Shown in pieces: positions 36,401-47,723 of a stretch of 64,000 nt of DNA. The stretch covers positions 25,444 to 89,443 of the forward strand of contig DF237331.1 in NCBI GenBank assembly GCA_000708835.1, read 5' to 3'. This DNA comes from Klebsormidium nitens. Taxonomy: Eukaryota; Plantae; Klebsormidiophyceae. The position numbers were made by a program, and so were the translations under genes. Each line of letters starts with the position of its first letter. The stretch's first letter is position 1. The notes below the pieces were generated by a model. The model had not been told where the DNA came from and did not search any database. It saw only the letters and a list, made by a program, of their open reading frames with translations.

Positions 36401-39400
36401 CGAGCATAGCTAGTACAAACCCAGCCAGAATGCTGTTTAAGCTTCCAGCATTTGTCGCAATGTCTGAGCTAGGCTAGCAACAACCGTCACGTTGGTCTGC
36501 ATACGCGCGAGATACGGCTTGACACCGAGGTTGGAGGAAGAGTTCAAAGTGTTCCCACTTTGAACCGTCAGTTCAGCCACGCTGCTCAAACGAGAGCGGC
36601 GGCACGCTTCTTGAGAACGGGCCACGAGCACCATTCTCAAGACTTCGGCCCGCATCATAGCAGCCAAGCAATCTGCTCGATAGAAAAGAGGAAAGCCCCT
36701 CCCCTACTAAAATCAATTAGACTACCCGTTTTACAGACATAGACTACCCCTTTTGCACGGGTTTTCAGACCAAAAAAATGGGGAAAAAAAGAGAATTCGC
36801 TGAGGAATACATACGATCCAAGTGGGCTCGGTGTTCACATGATCAACTGTGACCAGATTTGAGCTCTGCTCTGATCGAGCGGCTTCACCGAACGGCCGAG
36901 AGATCGGGCAGCATCAAAGCAAGAGTGCACAATGGCGACCCCGTCTCATTTCCAAGCGCGGATTCCAGGACGGACTGGTAACGTTTACGGATCACGTTTC
37001 TGCTTCTGGCGGTAACAAAAATGATAGCAGGGTAAACACAATAGCAGGGGGAATAAGTTCGACCAAGCAACCTGCTGACACGCACACCTTCGACTTCAAC
37101 AGGTTGAGAGTTTTGTTCTGAGCAGCAAACAAAGTGGACAGAATGAGCTCCTGCCGTGGATAACCAGACTGTCAAGCCCTGGCGGGTACGAGAACTCCCA
37201 AAAAAAGAAGCACATGCAGCGTTGAGAGCACCGCTCACGTTCCAGCGACTGCACGGCCTGCAATCGTACGTCCTCGTGGAAGTACCCCGCCAGCTTCTTC
37301 AGCAGTTTCAGCGCCTCCTCTAGATACGGTACGAACGCTGTGCCGGCGTGCCGTGCGTATAGCCCCAGCGCCTGCGTGGAACAACATCGAGATTACATAA
37401 AATTACGTTATGTTAGGTTAGGTCACTGCCCAGAGAACAGACGGGGTCGCTTAGAAGTGTCAAATATATGCGGAGTTAAGGTGTATAGATTTAGATCACT
37501 GCCGGTAGACGGGTGGGTTTTAGGGGACGGAAGAGGTCCGAAGCCTGTGAAATTCAGATTGTAAATTTTGTGTGCCTAAGCGACTAGGAGGACCTTTCTG
37601 CTTACCGTGAAACGTCAAGAGATAGATGAGGAGAAGTAGTAAAAACAACAACTTTTGCAACTCTATTGATTCGACTCAACGTAAGCCCGATCCAATAACA
37701 GAACCGAGACTCTACCTGCGTGGCGGCGCTCTTCTCGTCCAGCACGCCCGTCCGTATGCTGAGGCTGGCGCGGCGGCGGTCCGAGTCGTCGTCCGAATCG
37801 GAGTCGGAAGAAAGGGCGGAGAGGGTGTTTTTGGCAGAGGGGGTGGCGGCAGACTCGTCGAAGAGGACTTGGCCGTCGTCCAGGTTGCAGGAGGCGAGCG
37901 TGAAGGGCATCACGTGGGGAAGGTACTGCAACGAAAAAGGCTCGGAGTCTGAGGGTCGGACACCGAGGATCGACTTACTGCTTAGGCAAAAAGCTGGTCC
38001 TCGGAGGGCAGGATGAGGTCAGGGCATTAAGGTGCGATAGGGTGAGATGATGTAAGGATGTCCCTTCCATCATCATCGGGATGCCCCAGCGGCCCTTCTC
38101 CGAAGAGGAGCGCCTTGGGGCGGCCGAAGCTCGAGGTAGGTCCCCCTTCAAAGGGAGTGCTTTCGCAGGAAGGATAGACCCGGGAAGGCTACGAGACCGC
38201 CAACCAGGGATTGCAAATTCCTGCTTAGATATTCCAAGCTGTCCGGTGTGGACATCCGTTGTGGACTTGATAACAATGAAGCAGGTTACTGACTGCCTGA
38301 GACCACCCCGAGAGAATGAGAGCAGTTCCGTGTGCGAAAAAGAACGCCAGGAAGATTCGCCTTCACGGATCTGTCCCCACCTAAAGCTGTTGTGAGAAGC
38401 AATCAGTGAGAAGCAATCAATGAGATGGCTCAGATTCGCCTCCAGTGCCGGGCACCCTTTTTGTGCCGCTCCTAGAAGATATCTTTGCCGTCGATTTGTA
38501 ACGCTTCACCTTGCCGCTGACTCTCTGAAGCGGCTCGTCAGGAAAGTTCTCAATAACAACAAGACATCGCACTACGATCCAGAAGATATCAGTTGCAAAC
38601 CCGATTCCAATAAATTTGCAATTTTCAATCTTCACGCGACGTGCGAAACTCCCAGAACGTCCAAGATCTCCAACCGAAAGAATCTGCCATCCATCCTAAA
38701 CAGCTATCTTCGGCAACCCTTAAGCATCCCTACAGTGACACCCGATTCTTAAGTTCGCGTCCGAGGTCCGCATTGCAAATGGCTTGACGCTGTAAAAAAG
38801 GTGACCATTCAGCGGGCCAAGCAGGAGACTCTTGCTTGGGGGCCAAGGCCGTTCAAACAACAAAAAGTGACCCATGATGGCAAGTACGTGACAGATATCT
38901 AAGAAGGAAGCGCTGACAAGATTCCCTTAAACCTTTAATGTGTTCGACAATTTATCCTGACCAGAGACTTGAATGATGTCATGATGACGTCTGATTGTTA
39001 GCAAGCGTTTCGACGACAACTCCACGGCAGGAGCTCTCAGGCATAACTCGTATGCTGCTCACAGACGAACTCATATGCACACTGCGGAAGGCGGCTCTGG
39101 CATGCAAGGGCGAGACAATGACAACCACAGCGGGTTTGCCGTGTCCAGCTCAATCATTGCCGGCTTTTCTAATGTATGTGCGCTGATTGATGAGGTTGCA
39201 AACAAGCCTGAAAGCTGTTCTGAATTGCACCAAGATTCGGCGTTTCAGGAAACAGAACGACTTCGACAGCAAGGATAAATCTTGATACCGGCCAGAGCAC
39301 AAAACAACAGCGGATTTTGTCCTACAACAGAGGCGCCGCGGTTGTTTTCGTGATCCAGAACGTTGAGCTCCTTTGGATTCATCTTCCCAAGCACCAATTG

Positions 39401-42400
39401 AAATACGGACGAGCTAGATCGTCTCTGCTGAAATGTCTGCAGTCCGCTGGTGCAAGAGCACCCTGTCCACTCTTGTAAAGTAGTCAGTCTGGAGCTTCTT
39501 GAGAGAAGTTCACCTTCAGGATGATGTGTGTAGAACTTGACTAGCAGGACAACTTAGTGGGGATCAAAAATTTGCAAGGGCTCTCATAAAAGTGCATGCA
39601 TCATAAAGCAGCAAGGAATCACCCCACACGAGCTCTTGAACAAACCTTCTGTCTGGACTTGCGGACTGCGGGAGTGCTTTTTCAGCAAAACGGAGGTCAG
39701 TCGGACAGCTTTCCAGGCGAAGCACAGGATGTTTCCAAAAATCCACAGAAAAAGCATCAAACCCAGAAGCTTTGGAGCGCCCAACCCTTGATCCAAGTCA
39801 AAAACCAATCCCGCCAACTCTTGGCAGCCTCCATATTATCATGTTGTAAGTATTGTTGTGGCTTTGGACAGCTGTGGAAAGTGAGGTTAGGCCATGCAAA
39901 AGCCCAGAAGCGCCGTGATCGCCATCTTTTAAAGGAAACAAATTCAGGCGACATCACAAACTCTGAGAAGACATCCTGGTTTCGAAGAACAAGCATGTCT
40001 TTGGATGGTAAGAGCGGGTCACAATGATATGGCTCAGAAAGAGGCACTAGAAGTGTTGAACAAACTGAATGAAGCCTAAAAGGCGCCGTCATTGCCGATG
40101 GGAGACCAGAACCAGCATAGGAAACACTCCAAGGCGTCTCTCTCTCGTCACTCGGACTATTTCGCCGACTTCTCAATAGCACTGTGGTTCAAGATCCCAC
40201 GCTTTTATCTTGGGCTCAGAGGTAGTCCATATGGGCAGATCAATCAGGAGCCCAAGAAGGTCCGTCATTGCCAAGGGAATACCAGAATCACAATCGAGAT
40301 CCTTTGACAACCTTGTGCCCACGTGGCTCAAGAAGGACGAAGCCATAATCAGTGGCGCCTCGCAAACGCCATCCTATTTACTTTCCTCGTCACGCTTGTG
40401 ACTACCGACATAAGAGATGCTGAATCTCTCCACAGACATGCGGTCTGCAGTGCCAAAGCATGCTGACCACAGGAAAATGATGTCCACTGTATGTTGAGAC
40501 AGCCTTTCATCGTATGCAGCGCTGTAAAAGCAATTGATGCACAAGTCTTGGTCCAATATATGTGTGCGAACCAAAAGCCCTGGAGACCCCACGGACAAGC
40601 AACCTCGTATGCTCTTCAAGAAAGACAACACTGGCATTCAAAGCTGGAAAGCACGACTCGTTTCGTTGCAAAAACCGGATCGGAGGGGGTCACATCTCCT
40701 ACCTATACTCATTGACTCGCTCTCTGCTTGAAGAAAGCAGTGGGCAGGAGTTGGACAGGCTCTGCGCCCTTCTTATTTCAAGGAAGTCTGAAATGTATAG
40801 TCTCCACGAACCTTTCTCAGCTCGAATAAAGTAACCCACAACAAGAACAATTCACAAGGGACTTATCGTGCAAACCGTCTCACTGACAAGCGGATCATAT
40901 TTCCATACCGGCTGGTGAGCTGCTTATTGGACGTAAACACATCAGACATGAGCAACTGACCGGCTTGCACGATGTCCCACAAGACGAAGGACGAGCGCAA
41001 AGAAGCAGCAAACTCGGATGCGGAACCAAATCAGAGTCAACGATGGACTAACCCAAAGGAAGCACAGACGGACTCGAAAGTTGCTATACTCAGCTTGAAG
41101 AAAGAAAAATGACATTCTGCAGGATCTGATTGTATGTTACACCACAGAAAATCCAAATGCTGCACGAGGCAAGGCCTTCCATGGTGGCTCAAAAGCGAAG
41201 ACTACCTGAAGTGGCCCAGTGTTCATGCCAACTTTCAAGGTTCTCCTTGCCACCTTCCCAAAGCAGCTTCTAGCATGATGCACTTCTTCAGAACGACACT
41301 CAGTATCACAACAGGCGTCAAGAGATTCCGCAGATACAGATACATACCAGTAATGGGTTCGGGCATCCACATGGACCTCAACGCATCACCACATTGCTTT
41401 TCAACATAAGATATTTGTCAGCATCAAGCCAAAAAACTTGTAAGGTGGACGACTCCGGCTCCCGAGGAGCATCCTCCATGCTTCCAAGGGTTTTCCCAAG
41501 CGACCCTCCTGCGAAAGCACAGCTCACCTGGGCAAAGTCGGCTCCCAAGGTCGTCGCAGCATGCCCCAAAAAGCCGTGGGTGTACTCTCGAAGCTCGCTG
41601 TAGTCCAAGGCAAAACCCTGCAGAATGGGAATGCGGACGGACGGTCAGCCAGCAGCATGCATCGAATGCTGACGGCTTCACAAAATCCATGCGCAAAACC
41701 AAATTCCTCGTTCAAAGGCGAGCACCAATATGGTCCGAAACCAAGTTGAAAAAGAAATACTATTCTGCTCCGCTTCCTGGTCGCCTTAGCCCGCCGGAGC
41801 TTTCCCCTCGCTTGCTTCCAAAGGCCTCCCGATGAGTCCCATAGCGTCCTCAGTAACTTGCTATTCACGACGTTCCAAAGAGAATACTGTCGTTTGAACC
41901 AGTCTCTTTCAGCAGACTCAAGCACTGCAAAAATAAGCAACTCGACGGCGCACCAGATGCACCGCAATTTCGAACCAGTCAAGTGCAGTTAAAACATCAG
42001 GGCAAGGATGACAACCCAACCAACCCCCAAACGAACGAAGGTTGCTCTGACGTCAGGCCAATCGTTGTCCGATTCAAGCGGCAATTGAAGGGACCCACGT
42101 GTTTTCATTAGGTCGCGCACCTTGAGGGCGTCCTCGATGAAGCCCGGAAGGACCGGCGCCATGGCCTCCTTCCCGACCGCCACCGCAATGACGCCAACCA
42201 TCTCCGTGGCACGTGCCCTGACCACCAGGTCCTTGTCTGACGTCAGCTGCATCAGCGCCTTGAGGGCAAACAGCGTGCGCTCCGCGTATGGCAGAAAGTG
42301 CTGCTCCGAGGCCGCTGCTGCGGAGCCAATCGCCGACTGCGAGGACACGACAAAAGGTGTAAGGAAACGACTGATGGCAAAGTTTGAAAGCCAAAATGTT

Positions 42401-45400
42401 GAGAACTGTGTCTCTGCTGCTCCGAGACCGCTGTTACAGTGCTGATCGCCGAGTGAGGAAGTGAGAGAACATTGCAAGCGTTAGGGACCCGAAAATGTAC
42501 CGAAGGTCGAGCAACACACTAACGACGGGGTTCCTGCCGCAGTAAAGCCGATCGTTGGATCAATATCTTTGGCAGGTGAAGAAAAACGTAAAGGACTCGT
42601 GACAGTGGTTCAATGCTGTCGAAGTCTCCGGACTCGATGAAATAGGGAGCGTGCACAAGCTGAGGCTGATGGTGGGCGAATATTTCCGACCGCGCTATAG
42701 AGAGCAGCGACCAAAGACTCACACGAGCTGGGAACGGACTCAGTGCACCTCGGCCACCCGACAAGAATTGTTTTCGGCCACCCGACAAGGATTGTTTCGG
42801 AAGGGTCAGTATCAAAAATCAGAATACCGTATGATCTTTCCTGCTGGCAACAGAGATCGCAGTCTGGAATCTCGGAAAATGTTTGTATTCAAATCGACTG
42901 AATGCCGCTCTTAGCTGAGCTAGGATTGATACGGAACGGACGCACGTTATTGATGGAACGGCACATCTCCAGCAAACAACTCCGGTATTCTGCACGATTT
43001 TGCACCATGTAGGCGCTGGTGCGAAAGGCGCATCCGACGTTTCGAACGACCAGATTACAAAAGCGCCGCTGGAATCGATAGAAGCTCACGTCTCGTTTGA
43101 ATTGGACTCCGGGATCACATCAACACGCCGAAAAGCAAAGCCCCAGAAACGTACTATGCAGATCTCTTGTAGCTCCCGCTTGTTGCTCTGCAGCGCCTCC
43201 ATTAGGTGCGCCATGAGGGGCTCCAGGAACGGCAGAATCTCCTCGCCCAAGTGCTCGCAGTAAGCCGCCAGTGCGTAGTATGCTTTTTCCTGTAGAGAGA
43301 CGACAGCCGAGGTTACAGCCACATCATATCTCATTGCCTTTCGGCATGTATCTCGCTTCTTCCTGCATCTGATTGGCTTCCCCTTTCGATTGAATAATTG
43401 AAGGGACTGCGCTCAAAGGACCATACCCTGATCGCAGTTGAGCCGAACCAGGACCTCGAAGCCTGATCCCTGTTTATGGGTCCCAGTCAAGAAACTGAAA
43501 GTTGAATGCCGTTCGCATATCGCTCCGCTCAACCACCTTTAGGAGACTGAGCGCTACCAGTCACGCACTAGAAACGTCTGTGGTTTTCTCCGGCCCAACC
43601 TGAGTTTTGACTTGTCTCAATCTTCGCAGGAGGAATGTCCGAAGTAATAACGAATTTGAGGAAACGTCCAACGCTTCCGAGCACCCGTCTCACCTGTACT
43701 TCGTCGTCCGGATCCTTGAGCAGGTCGAACACTGGCGGCAGCACTTGCTCATAGTGCTCCGCCATCTCCGGCTGCAGCGACTCCGCAAAGAGACCCAGCG
43801 CAAACGCCGACTGGCCCCTCACTTCCTTGTCCCCATCCTGAAGCCCCGCTAGAATGACCGGCAAAAGCTCTTTTAGCCGCTTGCGCATGACCTCTGCGCA
43901 GCCTTCGGCGATAACTCCAAGGGACGTGACGGCGGCTTCTCGGAAGAGCGGGTCGGGGCTTTGAATGGCTTGCTTGGCGAAGGCGGCGATGGGGGGGTAG
44001 ACTTGTTTCTTCGGGAGGTGCAGCGCTAGAGTGTCAATCACCTGCAACGGAGAACGGTTCATCAACTCCAGACCAGCATAAAAGTGCTTAAAAGCGATGG
44101 ACTGGAGAAGAAGATCACCAATCTGGATTGGTGAGAAATTTCAGAGCATCCACAACTGCGGCAATGTGCATCCGAGTGGAAGGAGCCGATGCACCACGGC
44201 AAACCTTGTATTATGTAGGAGAAGTCGAAACAGTAGCAGGAAAGGCACTCCGCAAGGTTCATAATTGGAGCAGAGGACAGTCAGCTGACCAGAGAAGCTT
44301 CCTGAATCTACTCGCTCAATCAGATGAACTTGTTCAGAGCCCAAAGCTCCATTGCACTTGCTGACTAACAATACTCCACTCAAAGAGAACCCTGCAGGCG
44401 CACATGCTTGGCACGAAAAACTGTTCTCACCTGTGCTGCCGACTTCTTTGCCGGATACTCGTCGTCGTCCACCCCCCCGCTCGCCTCCGCACACATTGGG
44501 CACAGGGCCCCCAGGATCGCCCCCACCAGCTTATGCTTCACCAACGTTTTCGGCTTGTATTTCGCCAGCCATGTCACGATCTGCAGAGTAAGATTCAGTT
44601 TACTGACTCGCACGTCGTAAGAGCGACGGCCAGTTGCAACCTGTGGACCCTCTGCAGGCCTTGTTAGATAGCCACAACAGATCAATCGCTGTCAGGAGGT
44701 TTGAATCATCGCAAGAGCGCACTCAACAAGGAAGATTCTAGATTCTCTGATAAGTTCTTCATGCTACTGAATGCAGGCAGACTAATGAACCGTCAGGTCT
44801 GTCTAAGCTCAAGGTTGTTGGTTGATTACCAACCCAGTTCAACATGAACAATGACAGAGCAACAAATCCTTGCTTAAAACGATTTGTATGTTGAGACCAC
44901 TACAACACTCTTGTTCCACAAGTTTGATTAATGGTCCGCTCTTCCCCTAGCATTTTTCGGGCACAACAACGCACCTGCAACGCTTGGTTTCTTGTACTTA
45001 GTTCGTACTTGGTCGTGGAAGCCACTTCCAAAGCAAAGTGGAGGATGCCAGGAATGGTGGGGCCAAGGAGAGGGGCGGGCGACTCGACAAGCTCGTCGAA
45101 GATCTCAAACGCCTTGCCGGCGGTGTCCTCATCGCCGTGGGCGAGGCAGAAGCGCGCGACGTCGAGCACGGGGGGAACTAGCTGGCGGAACATGAGCTGT
45201 GGCAGGAGAAAAGAAACGCGTTCTTTTCACCATCTCTCCTATTTCCGATCCGACCGGAGGTGCAAGTTTTATTCCAGGCCGAGGTTCAAAACAAAGAAAG
45301 TGCAAACAAATATAGAAACTATTGAAACAAGAAGTCGTGAGAGGGGGCTGGGTAGGGGCAGATGCGGGCAGCAGCAGAAGCATTAATGGTGCATTATCTG

Positions 45401-47275
45401 CGTTGGATGCTTCATTAGCAAAAGGGTATCGACTAGCTTATACAGGGGGGATGGTCAGATGGGCATGGTCGCTAAACTCACCACCTCTTCTTGACTTGAA
45501 ATGTACCCCACCAAGGCGCCAACAGCTCTGCAACAGAAGCCGGGCCGAACTTGGTCAATCTAGCTATATGGGGACAGTCGGAAAGCATACAAAGATCGTC
45601 CTTCAATGCAAGGAACAAGGAACAATATGTGGCTTTCTCATCCCAAATTTCGCTTCGACTAAGTCAAGGGATGATGCATTTAGAAAATACAATGAAATGT
45701 GCCCTGCTCTTATTGCGCGATTATGATAGTGGAGTACCAAGAGGTGATAGAACACGGCCTTCTCACGGATTCTCACGCCATTTGGTGTTTGAGCCCCATG
45801 ACGCTAGTCGTCAAACTGCCAACTTCCTTTACATACTCTCGACAGACAATTATGACCCGGTGCACTGCAGTACAGTCCTTAAAACAAAGTCTTACTACTG
45901 TCGTGCAACTAAAGTTGGACGTAAGTGCATATGGTGTTCAGGCTTACTTGAGGGCCGCTGTGCGGACGCGGTTGCTGTGCTGGTCCCTTAGGCCATTGAC
46001 AAACACAGTGTGCAGCGCAGCAAAGTGTGGCCGGAGGTTCTCCCCAATTGTTTCGGTTAGCGAGCTGAAGAGGATAAGAGCTATCTGCACCAGGGGCAGA
46101 AGCATTCTTAACATTGATGTTTGAGCAGGCTTCGCAAGGATCCGGTGCATACTCTGAGTCCAGTAAAGTAGGAGAATAGGTGGGGAGACAAGGAACCAAC
46201 ATATGTGAGCAGGAATAGTTGAGACGTTCTAAGTTTCTGTGGGACTGCATATCCTGGGAAAGGAGACATCAGTGCACAGCCACCAAACTAATATTCGGCA
46301 ATAATGAGTCATCATTACCGAGTTGTGTGCGGGTCATTCCCAATGGTGCTGCATGCAATGACAATGCACCCTCCGGGTTCCTGAGAACTTGAAGGAGAAA
46401 GAGTGTATGAGAAGCAATATGCAAATGTCTTACCTCCCGGTGGTCCTCCTGCTGGCTCTGGCTGCATTCAAATAGGAACTGCAGAAGGCCGGGCCATGTA
46501 CCCATCGGAACTGTGTACTTGGCAATGATGCTCACGACGTCAGCGCTTGCTCGGCGGACGAGCGGGCTGCAAGGGACAACTCTTGCATGAGCACAGATTG
46601 AAAGAGCACCAAAGAACAGTTGTGGATACAAAGGCCACCTCAAAATGCCATTAGGCACCCTCCTTTATGCCATCAGCTGGTGGTGTGCTTGAGAGACATC
46701 CCAATCACAGAGAACAACGTGCTTTGTAACTGCCAGGAGTCAAGGGACATTAATGCATTCCTTAAGAAGGCTCTGTTTTTATATACCTGCTATCAATCAG
46801 TGACCCTGTCAGCATTGCTGCCAACACATAACCTGTAGTTCCTGGCATTCCGTTCGTTCATTAACTTTTTCCAAGGGAGACTACCACCATCTTCAACAAC
46901 ACATAGCTGACAAAAACTCCGTCCCTTTCCAGCAAAACATGGATATGATGTGGAAACCGACCCACCACCTTTTCCACCAACAAGTAAGAAACAAAAATCT
47001 CACTGCGGCTCGCGGGCAATGCTCTCCAGGAGGACCATTTTCACGTTCTCCTGCACCTCAGCCGTGAGCTTCATCCACAGGCCCGCAATTTTCTTTCGCA
47101 GCAGAACCGCCGCCAACTGCCGCACCTCTGCATGGTGAGCACCTTTCACCTGCTCCAAAAGTTTGGGGACGATAGCGGGATCCTTTGCGAGCTTCTTGAT
47201 GGCCTCCTCCGCCTGCTGACGGGCGGCATTGTCCGGCAGGAGGAACTGCACGAGCAGCGCCTCGAGCTGGTCCAT
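30409..47275 (-). CDS. IPO4: Importin-4 (karyopherin-beta, HEAT repeat), 20 exons, 1054 aa
   Basis: Exons 47004-47275, 46434-46566, 45948-46084, 45482-45527, 44975-45196, 44431-44580, 43694-44041, 43155-43289, 42121-42336, 41528-41617, 37716-37925, 37239-37371, 34926-34972, 34616-34646, 34045-34167, 33097-33320, 32406-32501, 31706-31818, 31112-31349, 30409-30609. All GT-AG, phases consistent, 3165 nt. Importin-4-like motifs: LLVQFLLPDNAARQQAEE, VRQLAAVLLRKKI, FEIFDELVESPAPLLG, SELREYTHGF, SIRTGVLDEKSAATQALG, YFHEDVRLQA, HDEVLMDA, VRDNAAAAVARMI. The 47-nt and 31-nt exons are the least certain. Confidence 0.9.
38420..41260 (-). pseudogene. Relics of the same unrecognised repeat-domain family inside importin-4 intron 10
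   Basis: (T/G)GGCTCA...TC(T/A/C)TTGCC pairs at 38426/38482, 40030/40089, 40212/40265 and 41185/41244 (spacing 53-59 nt, same strand as the cluster). Minus translation shows GKD/GNDG/GKE followed by SEP/FEP. Confidence 0.55.
42750..42800. repeat. 2x tandem duplication, period 24 bp, in importin-4 intron 8
   Basis: TCGGCCACCCGACAAG(A/G)ATTGTTT occurs twice. Confidence 0.9.
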
Positions 47276-47723
47276 GGTGGGCGGCGCCCCTAGCTCAAGT
47301 TTCGTCTTGCTTCTTCTCCTCTTCCCAGAGAAATGGGGTTAGGTAGCCATCAGGTGCAAGGAACGAGCTTGGATTGGTGCTTGAAGTCGAGGGATATCCC
47401 CGCGTTTGTTCTCGGGGTTTCACACCATCTCGATTCACAACCCAATAATTGTGGCCAGAGTGTTGTCTTGTGTGCAAGGTTGGAACACCGTTTAGAATAA
47501 CCCAAGAATGAAGGTAGTGGTATGATTATCAAACGCAATGCTGTGGATTTGTTTGCTGCTGCAGCTGTAGCTTCACTTCCCATGCACTGATGCAGGGGGT
47601 GCAGTGAAGGTCAGGGCGCATTGGGAGAAAGTTTTGACTTCTCAGGCGTTTTTGGGGGTTCTGTTCATTTGTGACCATCAGCGTTCAAATCTGCGTTGTA
47701 CTTGTTAAAACGAACACACCGGC
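47276..47723. promoter_or_regulatory. Probable bidirectional promoter / 5' UTR region
   Basis: 448 bp separate the divergent start codons of IPO4 (47275, -) and NIT2 (47724, +); no specific elements identified. Confidence 0.55.

Noticed and set aside
35480-36750. Short ORFs and small direct repeats (TAGACTACCC twice) in importin-4 intron 12
   Set aside because: No recognisable domain or termini, and motif pairs of the unknown family are not convincing here.
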